NCBI RefSeq assembly: GCF_018350175.1
Contig: NC_058368.1
Coordinates: 30,072,001-30,136,000, forward strand
Reading direction: 5' to 3'
Length of the DNA: 64,000 nucleotides
From: Felis catus
Lineage: Eukaryota
Shown here: positions 25,649 to 38,482 of the stretch, in pieces
Position numbering within the stretch: position 1 is the stretch's first letter
Layout: each line of letters begins with the position of its first letter
The notes under the pieces: generated by a model
The model's input: only the letters and a program-made list of their open reading frames with translations
What the model was told of the DNA's origin: nothing
Database searches by the model: none
Program-made: the position numbers and the translations under genes

Positions 25649-26862
25649 GTGGTGGTGCGCCCCAGGGCCAAGCCGGCTAGATAGTCAGATGGGCCCATGA
25701 TGATGGGGACACGAGGTAGACTTTCCTACATCTTCAGGAGGGAACAAAGGAATAATCCCTCTCGAACACCTTGTACATTTGGGAAGAAAGCTGACTTCTC
25801 ACAGGAGATGGGCAGCTTTCAGATAAAGAGCCGAATGGGCTGAGACACCCATAATCATCTTCATTTGCTCAAGATGTGCAGGATTGAGAAGCAGAATTAC
25901 CAAATTATTCTGCAAATCCAAAGAGATGAAACACGATAGAAGCGTTATTGATTGGGCAAGCTTGTCATTTCCTTGCTGAGCTTGTGATGAATGTCTGGAA
26001 CAAATGTGTGACAAACATCCATGGACCACCTGCTGCCCCCTGGCTTCTGACTCTTTCTCCCTCCGCAGCCTCCCAGAACTTGTTTTCCAGACCTTTCAAG
26101 ACAGTTTCCATAATGGAGTTTTAAAAAAATATACAAAATCAAACCCAAGGCCAGGCTTCAGTCTTCTTTGTCTATGAGGAATAGAGAAAAGGAGTTAAAA
26201 AGACTTTTAAAGTCGAACTACTAGCCTTATTCCTTTGCATTTCATTGTTTTTCAGTCCTCGATGCCATTTGTAAAATTAGAAAAACAAGAGCCTCAGGTC
26301 AATTCACTTAAATATATATATTTGTTATCTATTATGTACCAGGTACTAATGAAAAGCTGGGGTCGTGGGGTGAGGAGAACATTTTTCTTGCCCTCCAAAA
26401 GTTGACAGTCTTCATGGACACAGATTTTTTTTTTTTTTTAATAAATGTCACGTCTCTTCCCAGGTAATTATAAGGATCCCAATCTCACCTTCCCTCTGAT
26501 ATAGGCACTTTCTGAGTAGGGCTGGCAAACACATATTACAATCCTTTCTCAGCTGGAATTGTTCAATTTCTTTCTACTTCTTCTGGGGTCTTGGTAGACC
26601 AAGGGTAGACCCCTTGGTAGAGCGGTAGCATCTCTGTACTCACATAAGACCGCATATATTTTTACCTTTGAGCTGTGAGCAGGGGATGTTTGTTGAATGA
26701 ATGAGAGCATGGATTATTGTTCAATTATTTTGATCAATCGACCTTTCACTTTGGGCTGTGTGAGCTCTTCCAGGGAGGCAGAGCCTTGTGAATGTCATCC
26801 ATGTGTCTTCAAACTGTATGTACTCTCAAAAACTCTTTTGAACTATATTCAGTGTCATGATT

Positions 26863-26893
<31 letters not shown>
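26863..26893. repeat. (GTT)n microsatellite
   Basis: Seen directly. Confidence 0.95.
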
Positions 26894-26894
<1 letters not shown>

Positions 26895-27102
26895 AGAAGG
26901 GAACGTTTTTCTTCTCACCTCATTCCAGACATGCTTGGGGTAGGGTTGTCGTAAGGTCATGTAAAGTGTGGATCTCGGCCAACCTGAGTAGCTTAGAAAT
27001 GGGGTGGTTTGGAACATGCATCTGTGACCAGACATGGCAGCGTGTTCCTGGCCTGGGGCTTCTGAAGTGTCTCTGCAGAGGCTAATACTGAGCAACTGAG
27101 TA

Positions 27103-27553
27103 CAGTAAACCTTGGTTTGCAAGAATCATTCATTCCGGAAACACGCTTATAATCCAAAGCACTTGTATCTCAAAGCGAACTTCCCGATAGGAAATAATGG
27201 GAACGCAGATGATTTGTTCCACAACCCAAAAATAGTCATATAAAAATGATTACAGTTCTGTCATATAGTACAACATAATAAAGAAAATACAAGATAGAAA
27301 GAAAAATAAACAAATTCACCTGAACTTATCTTTGAAAACCTTTGTGGCCGGTGTGAGGGAGACAAGAAAGAGGAGGGTTATTGTGTAGGACGACTTTCAC
27401 TATCACTAATGGAATAACTGCTATCTATTGGCTCAATGGAATCTTTCTTTTCTTGCAACTTTAACAAGGAACCTATCCAATGACACTTGTTTTTGCTTCC
27501 TTTTGAGGATTTCACAGAAATGTGACATTGCATTGACAATCACCCACAATCCT

Positions 27554-27596
<43 letters not shown>

Positions 27597-27973
27597 CCAC
27601 TGGCTCAGTCGTGATCACATGATGTTGAGCATCATGTACTACTCATATTGCAAGACATCACTCATTTATCATTTTAAAATTTATTAGAGACGTGGGGCGC
27701 CTGGTTGACTCCGTCTGTTGACTATCTGACTTCGGCTCAGGTCATGATCTTGCAGCTTGTGTGTTCGAGCCCCGTGTCGGGCTTTGCGCTGACAGCTCAG
27801 AGCCTGGGGCCTACTTTGGGATTCTGTGTCTCCCTGTCTCTCTGCCCCTCCCCGACTTGGGCTCTGTCTCTCTGTCAAAAATAAAGAAAACATGAAAAAA
27901 AAGTTATTAGAAATGTTTGCCTATCTTGCGGGACACCCGCAGGACAAATTACTCGCAATTCAAGGTTTTCCTG
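27103..27973. mobile_element. Non-autonomous Tc1/mariner Tigger-type DNA transposon (MITE), interrupted by a SINE
   Basis: Left end TA|CAGTAAACCTTGGTTTGCAAG; right end reverse complement CAGGAAAACCTTGAATTGCGAG, flanked by TG (decayed TA TSD); internal (GA)n. Confidence 0.8.
27694..27903 (+). mobile_element. CAN-SINE nested in the Tigger element
   Basis: ggggcgcctggttgactc...; TSD ttattagagacgt (27681-27693) / ttattagaaatgt (27904-27916). Confidence 0.93.
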
Positions 27974-28657
27974 TGTGGTTTTTTCCTTCTCCTGCCAGCT
28001 GTGAAGTGAGTGTGTTGGCAGCCTTCTGGCCTCCCCTAAAACTTCAGAGCACGGCCCTGTCCTAGTTGCAGAGATCCTGTATTGGTCCTCTGTAGCTGCT
28101 TGTTCCTTGGCTCTGTAGAGTTTCTTCAGGGCTCTCCTCTCTTCCTCCTGCTCTGAAGCTCCCTACACATAAATCTCTGGTGGTTCTCCTCTCTCAGGCA
28201 CTTAGTCTCACTCTTCTCTTCCTGCCCGGCTTAGACATGGTAGCTGGATTTTGGAATATTGGCTTTTTGAGTGACTTGAAAATTCTTAGGGTACTAGTGC
28301 CATGAACAGCCCCTAAATTTTAATTCTTGATCGTGACCCAGGGTCATCTCCCCCTACCCTCATCCCCAGTCCTTGGGATACAATAGCCTATACCCCTTGG
28401 CTTTGTGCTCTGTCCATGGAGAAAGCTGCAATTGCCCCAGGATAAGCTGCTTTTCATACTGGTTCCAGTTGCCTGAGTTATGGAGGGAAGATGATAGATG
28501 AATCTAAGGTCCGCATCTTTCTGTCTCTTCTGCAGGCTCCAGGTATGTGAGGGAAAGAGGTTTGTGGGTGCCATCTGCATCTGCCTGTTGATGAGCCAGA
28601 AAGTTCACATGTTGGCTCTTGAAAGGAGCTGGGGAATGTCATAAAGAACCTTCCTGG

Positions 28658-28882
28658 GGGGCGCCTGGGTGGCGCCGTCGGTTAAGCGTCCGACTTCAGT
28701 CAGGTCACGATCTCGCGGTCCATGAGTTCGAGTACCGCGTCGGGCTCTGGGCTGATGGCTCAGAGCCTGGAGCCTGTTTCTGATTCTGTGTCTCCCTCTC
28801 TCTCTGCCCCTCCCCCGTTCATGCTCTGTCTCTCTCTGTCCCAAAAATAAATAAACGTTGAAAAAAAAATTAAAAAAAAAAA
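28658..28882 (+). mobile_element. Young felid CAN-SINE
   Basis: Full length; TSD aaagaaccttcctgg / aaagaacgttcctgg. Confidence 0.97.
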
Positions 28883-28987
28883 AAAGAACGTTCCTGGGAT
28901 AAGGAACTAGTGAGAATGCCAGCCTTATTTAAAGAAACATTCCAGAATGGGACAAATCTAAGGAGATGCCTCTGACACTGGACTTTC

Positions 28988-29224
28988 TTTTTTTTCTTTT
29001 TTTTTTTTTTTAATTTTTTTTCAATGTTTATTTATTTTTGGGACAGAGAGAGACAAAGCATGAACCGGGGAGGGTCAGAGAGAGAGGGAGACACAGAATT
29101 GGAAACAGGCTCCAGGCTCTGAGCCATCAGCCCAGAGCCCGACGCGGGGCTCGAACTCACGGACCGCGAGATCGTGACCTGGCTGAAGTCGGACGCTTAA
29201 CCGACTGCGCCACCCAGGCGCCCC
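28988..29224 (-). mobile_element. Young felid CAN-SINE
   Basis: Full length; perfect 14-bp TSD gacactggactttc (28974-28987 / 29225-29238). Confidence 0.97.
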
Positions 29225-31377
29225 GACACTGGACTTTCAAAGTTAAACCCTCCACCCCCAGGCGTTTAACTCAGGAGGACAATCTCAAGGTCAGAGGCAG
29301 CAAAAACAAAGGCTCTGTGGGGTTGGCAATGCAATGCTTTATTTTTCATTTTTCAGGGCATTGCTTAGACTTAGGGAGGCCATCCTTGGCTATCTGAAGG
29401 CTGGGTTATGTGTCCTTCCTACGCGTTCCCCTAGCACCCTGTGCCATCCTTTCTGCCAGCACCTGGCACGCAGCCTGACCCAGGTGTGCGAGGCCACAGG
29501 GGCACTGAGTACAGAGGCCCCCACATACCAACCAGGTGCTCAGTAAGGACTCGCTGAGTGAGCACAGTGGGCAGCCCTTTTACAGCCTGGGTAGCCCATT
29601 CTAGAAAAAACCCTGCCACCTCCAAATGTCTCCAGGTAACTTGTATCCAGGATGTGATTCGTAAGGGTTGACTTGAGGACTTAATTTTTTTTTTCCTCCC
29701 GAATTCTCAGGCAAACTCTGTGAATGAGCATGTACCTTTTCTTCATGGATTTATGAAGACTGCCTTTTCTAAGCCCCTGGCAAGCCCTCAGTGAGTAGCC
29801 ATTCCTCTCCCATTACATGCAAACAGCCCTGGAAGAAGCGGCATTTTATAAGCATCCAACTGGAATTAGACCATTAATCTGGGGAAGTCTGTGGTGAAGG
29901 TGGTTGTATCAGCATAGGGTATGGAGGGAATTAAATAAGTAGATATTTGAAAAGCACATAGTAAGCATTATATAAATGCTTGTTAAAGCAATAAAACATT
30001 ACTGCTGACATTATTATCATCAGACACCAAGACATCAAGCAGGCCAGAACGTTATTTCCTAAACTATGGAAGTTCTGATGTTTTAAAGAAAAAAAAAATG
30101 ATATACTTTACATTTTGGAAGCCCCCAAAATAAAACATGGAAGTACTCTTGGCTCGAGGTTTATTCTATTTAACACCTTTCAATAGGGCAACATCTGGAT
30201 GTTATCACGGCTTGGCAAGATGAGATGCCAAAATTACAAATTCTGAAAATGCTGTGCATCAGGCACTCTTGTCTTTGCCTGTAATTGCCTAAAAGATATA
30301 AAAGAGCCTGATTGTAATAACCTCCCTACTGTAACTATTCTTTGTGTCTATTCTGCAAGGGAAGAGAGCAGGAAGTGGTATCACTCTAAGGGTACGAGCG
30401 AGGAGAGAGGGGTGCTAATTCTTAAATATGTGTGCCCTGCATCTCAAGTAAGTGCTGAACAACAGTGTGAAAGGATTACCGGTAATCTCATATATATATC
30501 CCTTAACCTATTAACTGGAATAATTGTTGCACGAAGATAAGAAGCCCCTAAGTATTCTAGGCTACGTGGCCTGAGGTCCGAAAGCATTTATTATTTATTT
30601 CCTAAAGTCCTGTTCCCCAGTGATAGGGATGGAAATTTGGCGGACTGGGTCTCCCCTTGTCAAGCAAGGGAAATGGTCGTTTCATTTTTAATCTGGGTCC
30701 TCTGCCCTGACAGATGAATCTGAAGGGTGCTGTTAAGGATGTGATGAATTGGGCTCCTGGTGATGTCTGTGGGAGAGGGGGAGAGATACGGCAGGCCAGG
30801 ACTATGGTTTTTTTTTTCTGCCAGGCGGCCGGAGGCCTTTTGAAGTGAAACAGAACCAGCCATTTCTGAGAAGACTTAAACAAGGAGAAAAGTTTGTCTG
30901 CAACATGCCTTGACTTCTTTCAGTGGACTGCTATCTGTCGTTTCAGAGGGTGTGCTGAAGGCCATTGGGGATGGAGGCAGAATGATGGGGGAAACGGAGG
31001 ACCGCCGTGGCTGGGTTGCTTTCGTCTGTGGGTACCCTGGAGCTTGGTGGGCAGTGAATGGGTGCCTCTGGCTTGTGTTCCAGCAGCTCCCGTGAGAGGT
31101 GAGCTGTGGCAAACACGGGAAGAAGGGTATGTCTGCATCCCCCCTGGTATCATGTGGTCCAACGCCATGCCCACCAAACACAAAAGCAAGCAGCCGTGGA
31201 ATCTTGACTGGGTTCGTGTGATCTGTGGAGACGGTCAAACTGTGTGATTATAGTTCCCAATTAGACTTTTGTTTTGGACCCAAGGATAATTTAGATTTCC
31301 TGTTATACGCGATGAGGAGTCCATGCAGATTTGTAGGAGGGGTTGATATGATTTGATTTATATTTAGAACACAAGTA

Positions 31378-31990
31378 GTGAGCCAGTTAGGATTCGGCCA
31401 GGAGACTAAAGGCTCATAGCAATTTGAACAGGGAAAATTTAATACTGCATACAAATTATTAGCTAGTTAAAGGGTATTACCTCCTAAGACATGTAAAGAG
31501 AGCTATCAAGAGTACAGGAATAAGATGTAGGGAGCAGTCATTTCTTACAGGGCCAAGGGAGCATGCATGCTAGGAACAGACTTGGAGGAGGCATCCCTCC
31601 CCACTGCCAAGGCTGAAATTCATCTAGTGTGGACCAGGGAAAGGCAGAGAAGTTCACGGAGGTGATGCAGGCTGGGCCAGCGAGCAGAAGCCACCTGCGG
31701 GAGTGGGGACGGAACTCGTGGGAGGGTTTGCTTCGCAGACCTCCAGTACACCACTGGCAAAGGAGTGGCCCGTAGGGAAGAAAGCTACGTGCAGTGCTTG
31801 GTAGGAAGAAACACTCTGGAACCAGGAAGGCAAGACTCTTGTCTTGCAGTCTCCCTCTAGCGCCCTCTACTGACAAGGCTGGCACCGTGCCTCCTCGCAA
31901 AAGAGAAACATTTACTTGGGTTCAGCTCCAGTATCTCCAAGAAGGGCAGGGAAGGGTGTATTTGGAGCTTAGAGACAATAAATCTGCAGG
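31378..31990 (-). mobile_element. Ancient solo LTR (subfamily uncertain)
   Basis: tgagccagttaggattcggccaggagac...gcaatttgaacagggaaaatttaata start and gggtgtatttggagcttagagacaataaatc end resemble old ERV LTR consensus sequences. Confidence 0.5.
31846..31876 (-). promoter_or_regulatory. Overlapping double CTCF-like motif within the LTR
   Basis: Minus strand TTGTCAGTAGAGGGCGCTA overlapping GGCGCTAGAGGGAGACTGC. Confidence 0.45.
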
Positions 31991-34134
31991 TGTTCAGGTA
32001 GTGAAGTAAAGGTGGACTTGAAGAGAGGAGAGTCTGGAGGCTATAGTTAGGCGGGGTGGGGGAAAGGAAGATGAAGTGGACAGACTGACGCTCTGCCCTT
32101 GATCCTGAGACAGAGCTTGAGACAGTGTGGGTGGCAGGGAGGAAGATTAGACTGGTACGGAGGGGGCTGAATAGGTAGGACTCTGTGGCTGATGAGATGC
32201 AGTTCGTGACAGGGAAGGCTCACGGGTGTGCCCCGTCTTGGTGGCCTTCATAGCTGGAAAGAAGAACAGGCTTGGGCTTAGGGGAAGAGAATAAATTCTG
32301 TTTTGGACATGACTGTTTATGGCACCTCTAGAATATCTTGACAAGATTCAGAATACCCTGGAAAAAGCACAGTGGATTGAAATGTGGGGGTATGGGTTTC
32401 CACTATTGCTACACAACTCCCACGCAAAGAGAAGGAATCACAAATTTCCACCTTAAGAAGAATTCAATAAAACTCTCTTTCAGAAATCAACTTTCCTCAA
32501 ACCCAGAGAAGTCTTACAAAATTTCAGTTAGAGCTTGGAGCTGTTTTACTTTTTCTTCAAAACATCCTGAAGCTTTAATTTAGACGAAGGGTGAGAATTA
32601 AAGTTGTGTGTGTATGTGTGTGTGTGTTTCTGTGTGTGTGTTTATTTCTGTGTTTTTGTGGTTGTTTTACACAGAAAGAATTGGTTTTGTATGTATGTCA
32701 TTTCCAAATGAGGGAGGTCTCAGTATTAAGCAGTCTAGGAGATGTTAATATTTTACTATTGTAACAACTTAGTGTGGGTCACAAGTTGGTTAGACACACT
32801 TGCATAAACGCAAAGAAGGAGGTGAAGTTAATGGGTTGGGAAGACAAATGTATATACTTCAACCCCCGCCCCCAGCATTCATTTCTGGTGCCACACATCA
32901 TGGCTTTTAGTTGTATTCTGCATCTAGTTATTTCCCACGCCTGAGTCCTGCTTCCTTTTCTGTGCTGAGTTTCCAGAGGGCAGGAAAGATACCACATGCT
33001 ATTTATTCTTCACAGTTCAACAATAGGTTCTCAATAAAGACTTCATTTTTATTGTTCAGTGAACGTTTATTAAGTATCACTCTGAGCCAGCACATGGCCT
33101 AGGTGATCCTGGGAACGGACATGAAAAATACACAGTCCATTTGCTTGAGGGACTCACGATTTAAATGGCAAGAAATAGAGCCCTCTTGATGAAATCTGAA
33201 TAGGTGTTTAAAGTGATAATCCTTTTTCTAGGCAGACCCTTCACTCTGGAGTGGGTCTTTGGACTAACAAGGCAGGAAGTTCCATCTTTTCTTCGCAGCA
33301 AAGTTTGGGAGCTGACTGGGTATCAGATGCCATGCGGGCTGATCAGACCTCCAGTAGTGTTTGTGTGCAGAAATCAATTGAACGTTCACATATTATATGG
33401 GATTATACTGGAGGGAACATCAGAACAGTGTAAAGCTCTATAAGTTTGACAAGAACGTTGGGAAAATTAACAAATTAATATTTCAAAAACTGCTTTGAAG
33501 ATAGAAAGAGTGCCAACATAAGTGCTAATTATTATTATTAGTCCCACGACCTTTTTCCTTCTCCTTTTACTGTTAGATCTATCGTCAAACTTCTTGACTT
33601 CAAGGGAAATTATTTTTCTTTAGATGAGCATTTTTTAATCAAGTCAAATATTAATATGTGCATTGGTGGAAATACCATTTCTTCCATTAGTCTTTTTATC
33701 CTCCCTAGAGGGCAAGGATTCTGTCATTTGTGTATTTTGTGAGGCGTCTAGTAATGCGAGGTACCTTTTGTCACTCTGTCAGTAAGTTGGCCGTGGCTGA
33801 CATACCTGTAGGAGAGGCAAAATGTATGTTTAGAGTCCTACTAACAGTGAGTATGAAATAGTGAGAATGAAAAAAAAAAAAAAGAAAAAGAAAAACCAGC
33901 CAGAGCTTAGGTAACTAAAGAGATTTGCATTTTAAAGTGATCACCAGGGGAGACTGTAGTCTACCAGAGATGCTGACATTACTCCAAATATTTTGGTTCT
34001 CCTCATTTGGACTTGCTTTCAGACGCACTTTGACAAACCAGATGAAGAGTCAGTGTCATTACTTGATGTTACCTTTTATATGCGAGAGAACCTGAGACAC
34101 CAAGAGTGGGAAACATGTTCAAAAGGACCTCTCC

Positions 34135-34216
34135 AGGGTCACTTAGCTGGCTCAGTTGTTAAGCATCCGACTCTTGGGTTTCTCTCTCTCCCTCTTTCTC
34201 TCTGCCCCTCCTTTGC

Positions 34217-34263
<47 letters not shown>

Positions 34264-34295
34264 ATAAATAAATATTTTAAAAACCAAACCAAACC
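34135..34295 (+). mobile_element. Internally deleted CAN-SINE
   Basis: Head (ggctcagttgttaagcatccgactcttgg) joined directly to the (CT)n/AATAAA tail; degenerate TSD aaaaggacctctc / aaagggacccctc. Confidence 0.85.
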
Positions 34296-34539
34296 AAAGG
34301 GACCCCTCTGTATTGGTGTGTGGAAGGCCCAGATAGTTAATGAGTTAGAAACTCACTGGAATAATCAGAAGCAAACCGTTCTAATGCTATACACACCCAT
34401 ATAGCTTGAGAAAATTTCAAACACAAACATGAAAAGGTTTTAGGGCATTTTAAAATTTAGACTTTTTGTGAAACTTGGTTGCTTGGGGAAAAAAAATCAA
34501 AACTATGCTTAAAAGACATTCACTGAAGATGGAAAGAAT

Positions 34540-34540
<1 letters not shown>

Positions 34541-34577
<37 letters not shown>
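34541..34577. repeat. (CA)n microsatellite
   Basis: Seen directly. Confidence 0.95.
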
Positions 34578-34578
<1 letters not shown>

Positions 34579-34772
34579 TTCTATCTTTTCTTCCACCCCA
34601 GGCAATGATAGCCAGAAATTTTTGGTTACTTTCCACCTTTTCCTCATCAACCTGATTTGTTGCCAGTAGAGAGGAGGAAAGAGAAACAGATAATGGGCCT
34701 CTGGGACATGGACTTGGCTGAATAGTCTCAGGCTTTTATTCCTTTCCCTGTCTCGTGCATCTATTTAAGGCT

Positions 34773-35216
34773 TATATTGGTTCTCTGAGGCTTCTGTAAC
34801 AAAGCACCGCAGACTGAGTGGCTTAAACGGCAGAAATATATCATCTCACAGTTCTGGAGGCTGGAAGTCTGAGATCAAGCTGTCAGCTGGGTTGCTTCCT
34901 ATTGAAGGCTGTGAAGAAGAATCTGTCCTGTGCCTTTCTCCCATCTTCTGGAGGTTTTCTGGTGACCTATGGCTTTCCTTGTGTGGCAGACGTGTCACCC
35001 TGACCGTCACCATAGTGTTCACTTAGTGCTCTTGCATACATGCCTGTCTGCATGTTTCCCCTCATATAGAATCCAACATGTTGGGTTCAAGTGCATGCTA
35101 ATAACCTAATTTTAACTTGATTACCTCTGGCAGACCCTATTTCTAAACAAGATTGCGTTCTGGGGTTAGGACTTTAACATGTACATTTTGAAAGAGGGCA
35201 CAATTCAACCCATACT
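34773..35216 (-). mobile_element. MLT1C-like solo LTR
   Basis: gaggcttctgtaacaaagcaccgcagactgagtggcttaaac...ctcacagttctggaggctggaagtctgagatcaag...cacaattcaacccatac. Confidence 0.9.
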
Positions 35217-35657
35217 GGGTTATCTAGAAGGTGGGGTGCACAGAGAAATGAGAATGTGGGAGCACAACAGGCCTAATGGCTTGATCTTTTGCTCTACGAC
35301 ACATATGGCCATAAAGTCATTCTTCATACTTTCATAAGTTACATACCCATAAGGATTTAGGCTAAGAGTTTTCACGTCTATCTCAGGTAGATTTCCATGG
35401 CACTGTGCCTGCACCTGTCTTATGACAATTTTCTGCCCTGTACCACAGTTCCTTATGTACACACTTTATCTCTTCTATGAAATGATAAACTCCTTGAAAG
35501 CAGTATCTAATTCACATTTGTTTTATATTCCTTGACTTAGAACAGTGCTTTGTACATAAGAGATACCCAATAAATTGTCATTGAATCTATAAATGACCAT
35601 CTAGCCTTTCTAGTTCCAGAGTTCTTAAAGTGGACGTACTCACGGTCAAGTGCTGCC

Positions 35658-36052
35658 TCAGTCAGGGTAGGTCTGGTTGTGCTGCGGGAGCAAACAGCTC
35701 CTGACTCCGTGTTTTAACACGATAAAGTGTATTTCTTGCTCAGGGAAAATCTCCTGCAGTTCCAGGTGGTTCTCCAAGGTGGTCACGTTCAATGTGGGAG
35801 CAAAGCTTCCCTTGCAACTCCACAGAAAGCTTCCCCATTTCCGTGCAGGGGAAGAGGTCAGGGAGAAGCCAGCACTAGATCTTAAATCCTTCAACTGGAA
35901 AGTGACGCACATCACTCTGCTCCCAGCCTGTGGGCCTGAACTACTTTCATGCCCCTTTGTCCAATGGCAGGGGGACTAAGAAACGTTATCTGTCATGTGT
36001 CAGGAAGGGGAGGAGGATGAGAAATGCTGAACACTGGTAATTAATACCTCAC
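35658..36052 (-). mobile_element. MLT1K/L-like LTR
   Basis: agtcagggtaggtctggttgtgctgcg...aacacgataaagtgtatttcttgctca...ggaaagtgacgcacatcactctgctccca. Confidence 0.7.
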
Positions 36053-36499
36053 CTACTCTCCCTCCTCCAAAATGTATCTTAAATTAGCATTATGTTTTAT
36101 AGAGTACTTTTGAGCCCTTACTCTGTTCCAGGGAGTGTTTGAAATGCTGGCAGTCTAACAGAAGAAGACAGACTGAAGGTTACATTCCAGTGTGGGGCAA
36201 GGATAACAAAGGAATAACCAAATAAATAAACGAGATATTTTCATACAGTGATCGGTGCTATAAAGAAAATAGAACAGGAGAAGGTGATGGAAAATAACTT
36301 CCCTAAGATCATAGCACCAGTATGTTCTAGGAATCTTTGTCTTCTAATGGAGAGTGAGTGCTTATTTTCTCATACGATTCAAAATTTTATATAGTTCATC
36401 TTAGACTATATTATAGTAACAATTGAATAGAACCTTCAAATTGTTGGAATTTGGAAGCCTCTAACACACTCTGAAGTATTAAAGTTAATATTGAAAAGA

Positions 36500-38065
36500 T
36501 TATAATAGAGTATTCCAAAAGTACAAGCCCAGTATATAGGTGCTTATCAAGCCTTTCCTTGCAACACATTCGCTAATGTCCCATTGACCAAAACTTGTCC
36601 CATGGTCAAACCCAGAGTCAGTCTGGAAGGCGACTCTACAAGAGCATGATTTGCGGGCAGCTGACAAATTACTTGTCTGTCACCGACAACTCTCTGGACT
36701 CTTAATAATTTTCATCCCTCCTGTACATTCTTCCTATACAGTCTCTCTCTGGGACTCCTAAAGTCTCATTCCATTACAGCATCATGGCTCAGGTTTGAAG
36801 CCTAGAACCTCATCATCTAGATCGGGTCCAGGGAGAATAAGAACTCTGAGGTGTGGCTGCTTTCAAACTAAATATCTCTAAAATCTAGAGATAAGTCATC
36901 TTTCCCTCTTCTGCCCATCATCACCATGATGAAGAAAAGACAGAAAAACTGCAATAAAAACACCCATTCAAAAAAAGGGGAGATGGGAGAAATATAACAG
37001 TCAATAGTCTTGAGCAAATCTGAAATCCAGGTGGGTACCTGTGGCCAGTCTCTTGGGTAGGGCCTAGTTCTGATGTCTGAGTGTGGTTCTTGATGGCCCA
37101 TGAGTGTAGCTGAGCCACTTTTCAGTCTTCATCCTGCTCAAGGAAGGTTGAGACCTCAGGGGGCTTCTTTTCATTTTGAAATTCCAATTTCATTTTGGAA
37201 TGTTTGTGTCTCTTCGAGTACAATCTGGCAATGTTAAATGTAGTATAATTCTCTTAAAGCCTTTGTAGGTTGCTTATAAATCTTATTATGGGTTCACTTT
37301 ATTAGACACTAGCTTTATCATACCCATAAAGTTCTTCAAGATGGACCCCTCTCTCATATTTTGCCTGCAAGTCAAACTGCTATGGGACAATGCCCTTAAT
37401 ATTTTTAGGAGGCCTTTTTATCCACCCCCCCTCCTCATTGAGAGTCTATAAGTTCTGAGGATTATTAGAAGCCTTTTTGTCTAGCTTAGAGTGTATGAGG
37501 CAGTGCTCTAAATCTTTGCATTTTCATAAACAACATTATTGATTTGATCTTTACTTTGAGACCCTATTTTACTGGTAGTACCTTGGATGTGATACTTTTC
37601 TTGAGGCACTTTCTCACTTTGAGAATAGTTTTCCAAAACACACTGGGGCTGGGAATTCATTTGACTCTTGAGCCCCAAAGTCCTTTATATTTTCTCTAAA
37701 TTGTGATGAAAACTGAACAACTTATTCTTTAGTACATCTTACTCCTCCTATAACTTATCTCCGGCAACTAAAAGATGCCAGGTGCTACTTTCAACATTCT
37801 GCATGGAGCCTTAGTTGGATCCACAAGTTAATCAGGTACCTTTTTGTTTTCCATGTTACTGTAGGTGACAGTTTTGCTAATTAATCTGCTCATACATGAC
37901 TTAGGTTTTCTTTTCTCCGGCTTCCAAAAGCAATTTTCTCGCTGCCCTTCTAACTATCACTAAGCCCCATCTTGAGGTTTGCCAGGGCTCTGCCCACTAC
38001 ACAATTCCAGATGCCACATGTTTTTTTGGGTTTTTTTTGGTCGCAGCTCAGCACTTCTGGGTACT
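36500..38065 (-). mobile_element. MLT1J-like LTR part plus MaLR internal region
   Basis: gctaatgtcccattgaccaaaa...catggtcaaacccagagtcag LTR segment, then internal-type sequence ending cagcacttctgggtac. Confidence 0.6.
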
Positions 38066-38380
38066 CGCATCTAATTTTCAAGTTACCTCAAGCGACTGTT
38101 TTACTAATTGTTCTGCCCGCACATAATTCAGGTCCCCTTTTTCTCCAGCTTCCAATAGCTATTGCCTCACTGCCCTTCCATTCTCTATTAACACAGAAAC
38201 ACAAACAAAAATCTGTTCCAAGTTATTTCCTTGGGGCAATAAGTACACATTTAATTTGATCCCCTATATCTTCTGAAGCTACTGTTACAGGGCTGAATAG
38301 CCATAATTGCAGTTACTAAAGTTTCTCTACTGCCAAAGATTCAGTTTTCTTAGACTTAGAAAAATTTGTAATCGACAATT

Positions 38381-38482
38381 TTCTCCTTCCCTCCCTCCCT
38401 CCCTCCCTCCCTCCCTCCCTCCCTCCCTTCCTTCCTTCCTTCCTTCCTTCCTTCCTTCCTTCCTTCCTTCCTTCCTTCCTTT
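38381..38482. repeat. (CCCT)n-(CCTT)n tetranucleotide repeat
   Basis: Seen directly; abuts an L2-tail remnant. Confidence 0.95.

Noticed and set aside
26585..26625. Small nested hairpin with repeated GGTAGA
   Set aside because: Stems too short to exceed chance
28605..29397. Near-identical MGQRET...GRHRI peptides on opposite strands
   Set aside because: Antisense translations of the two CAN-SINEs; the same applies to ORFs at 1604, 17956, 27684 and 50251
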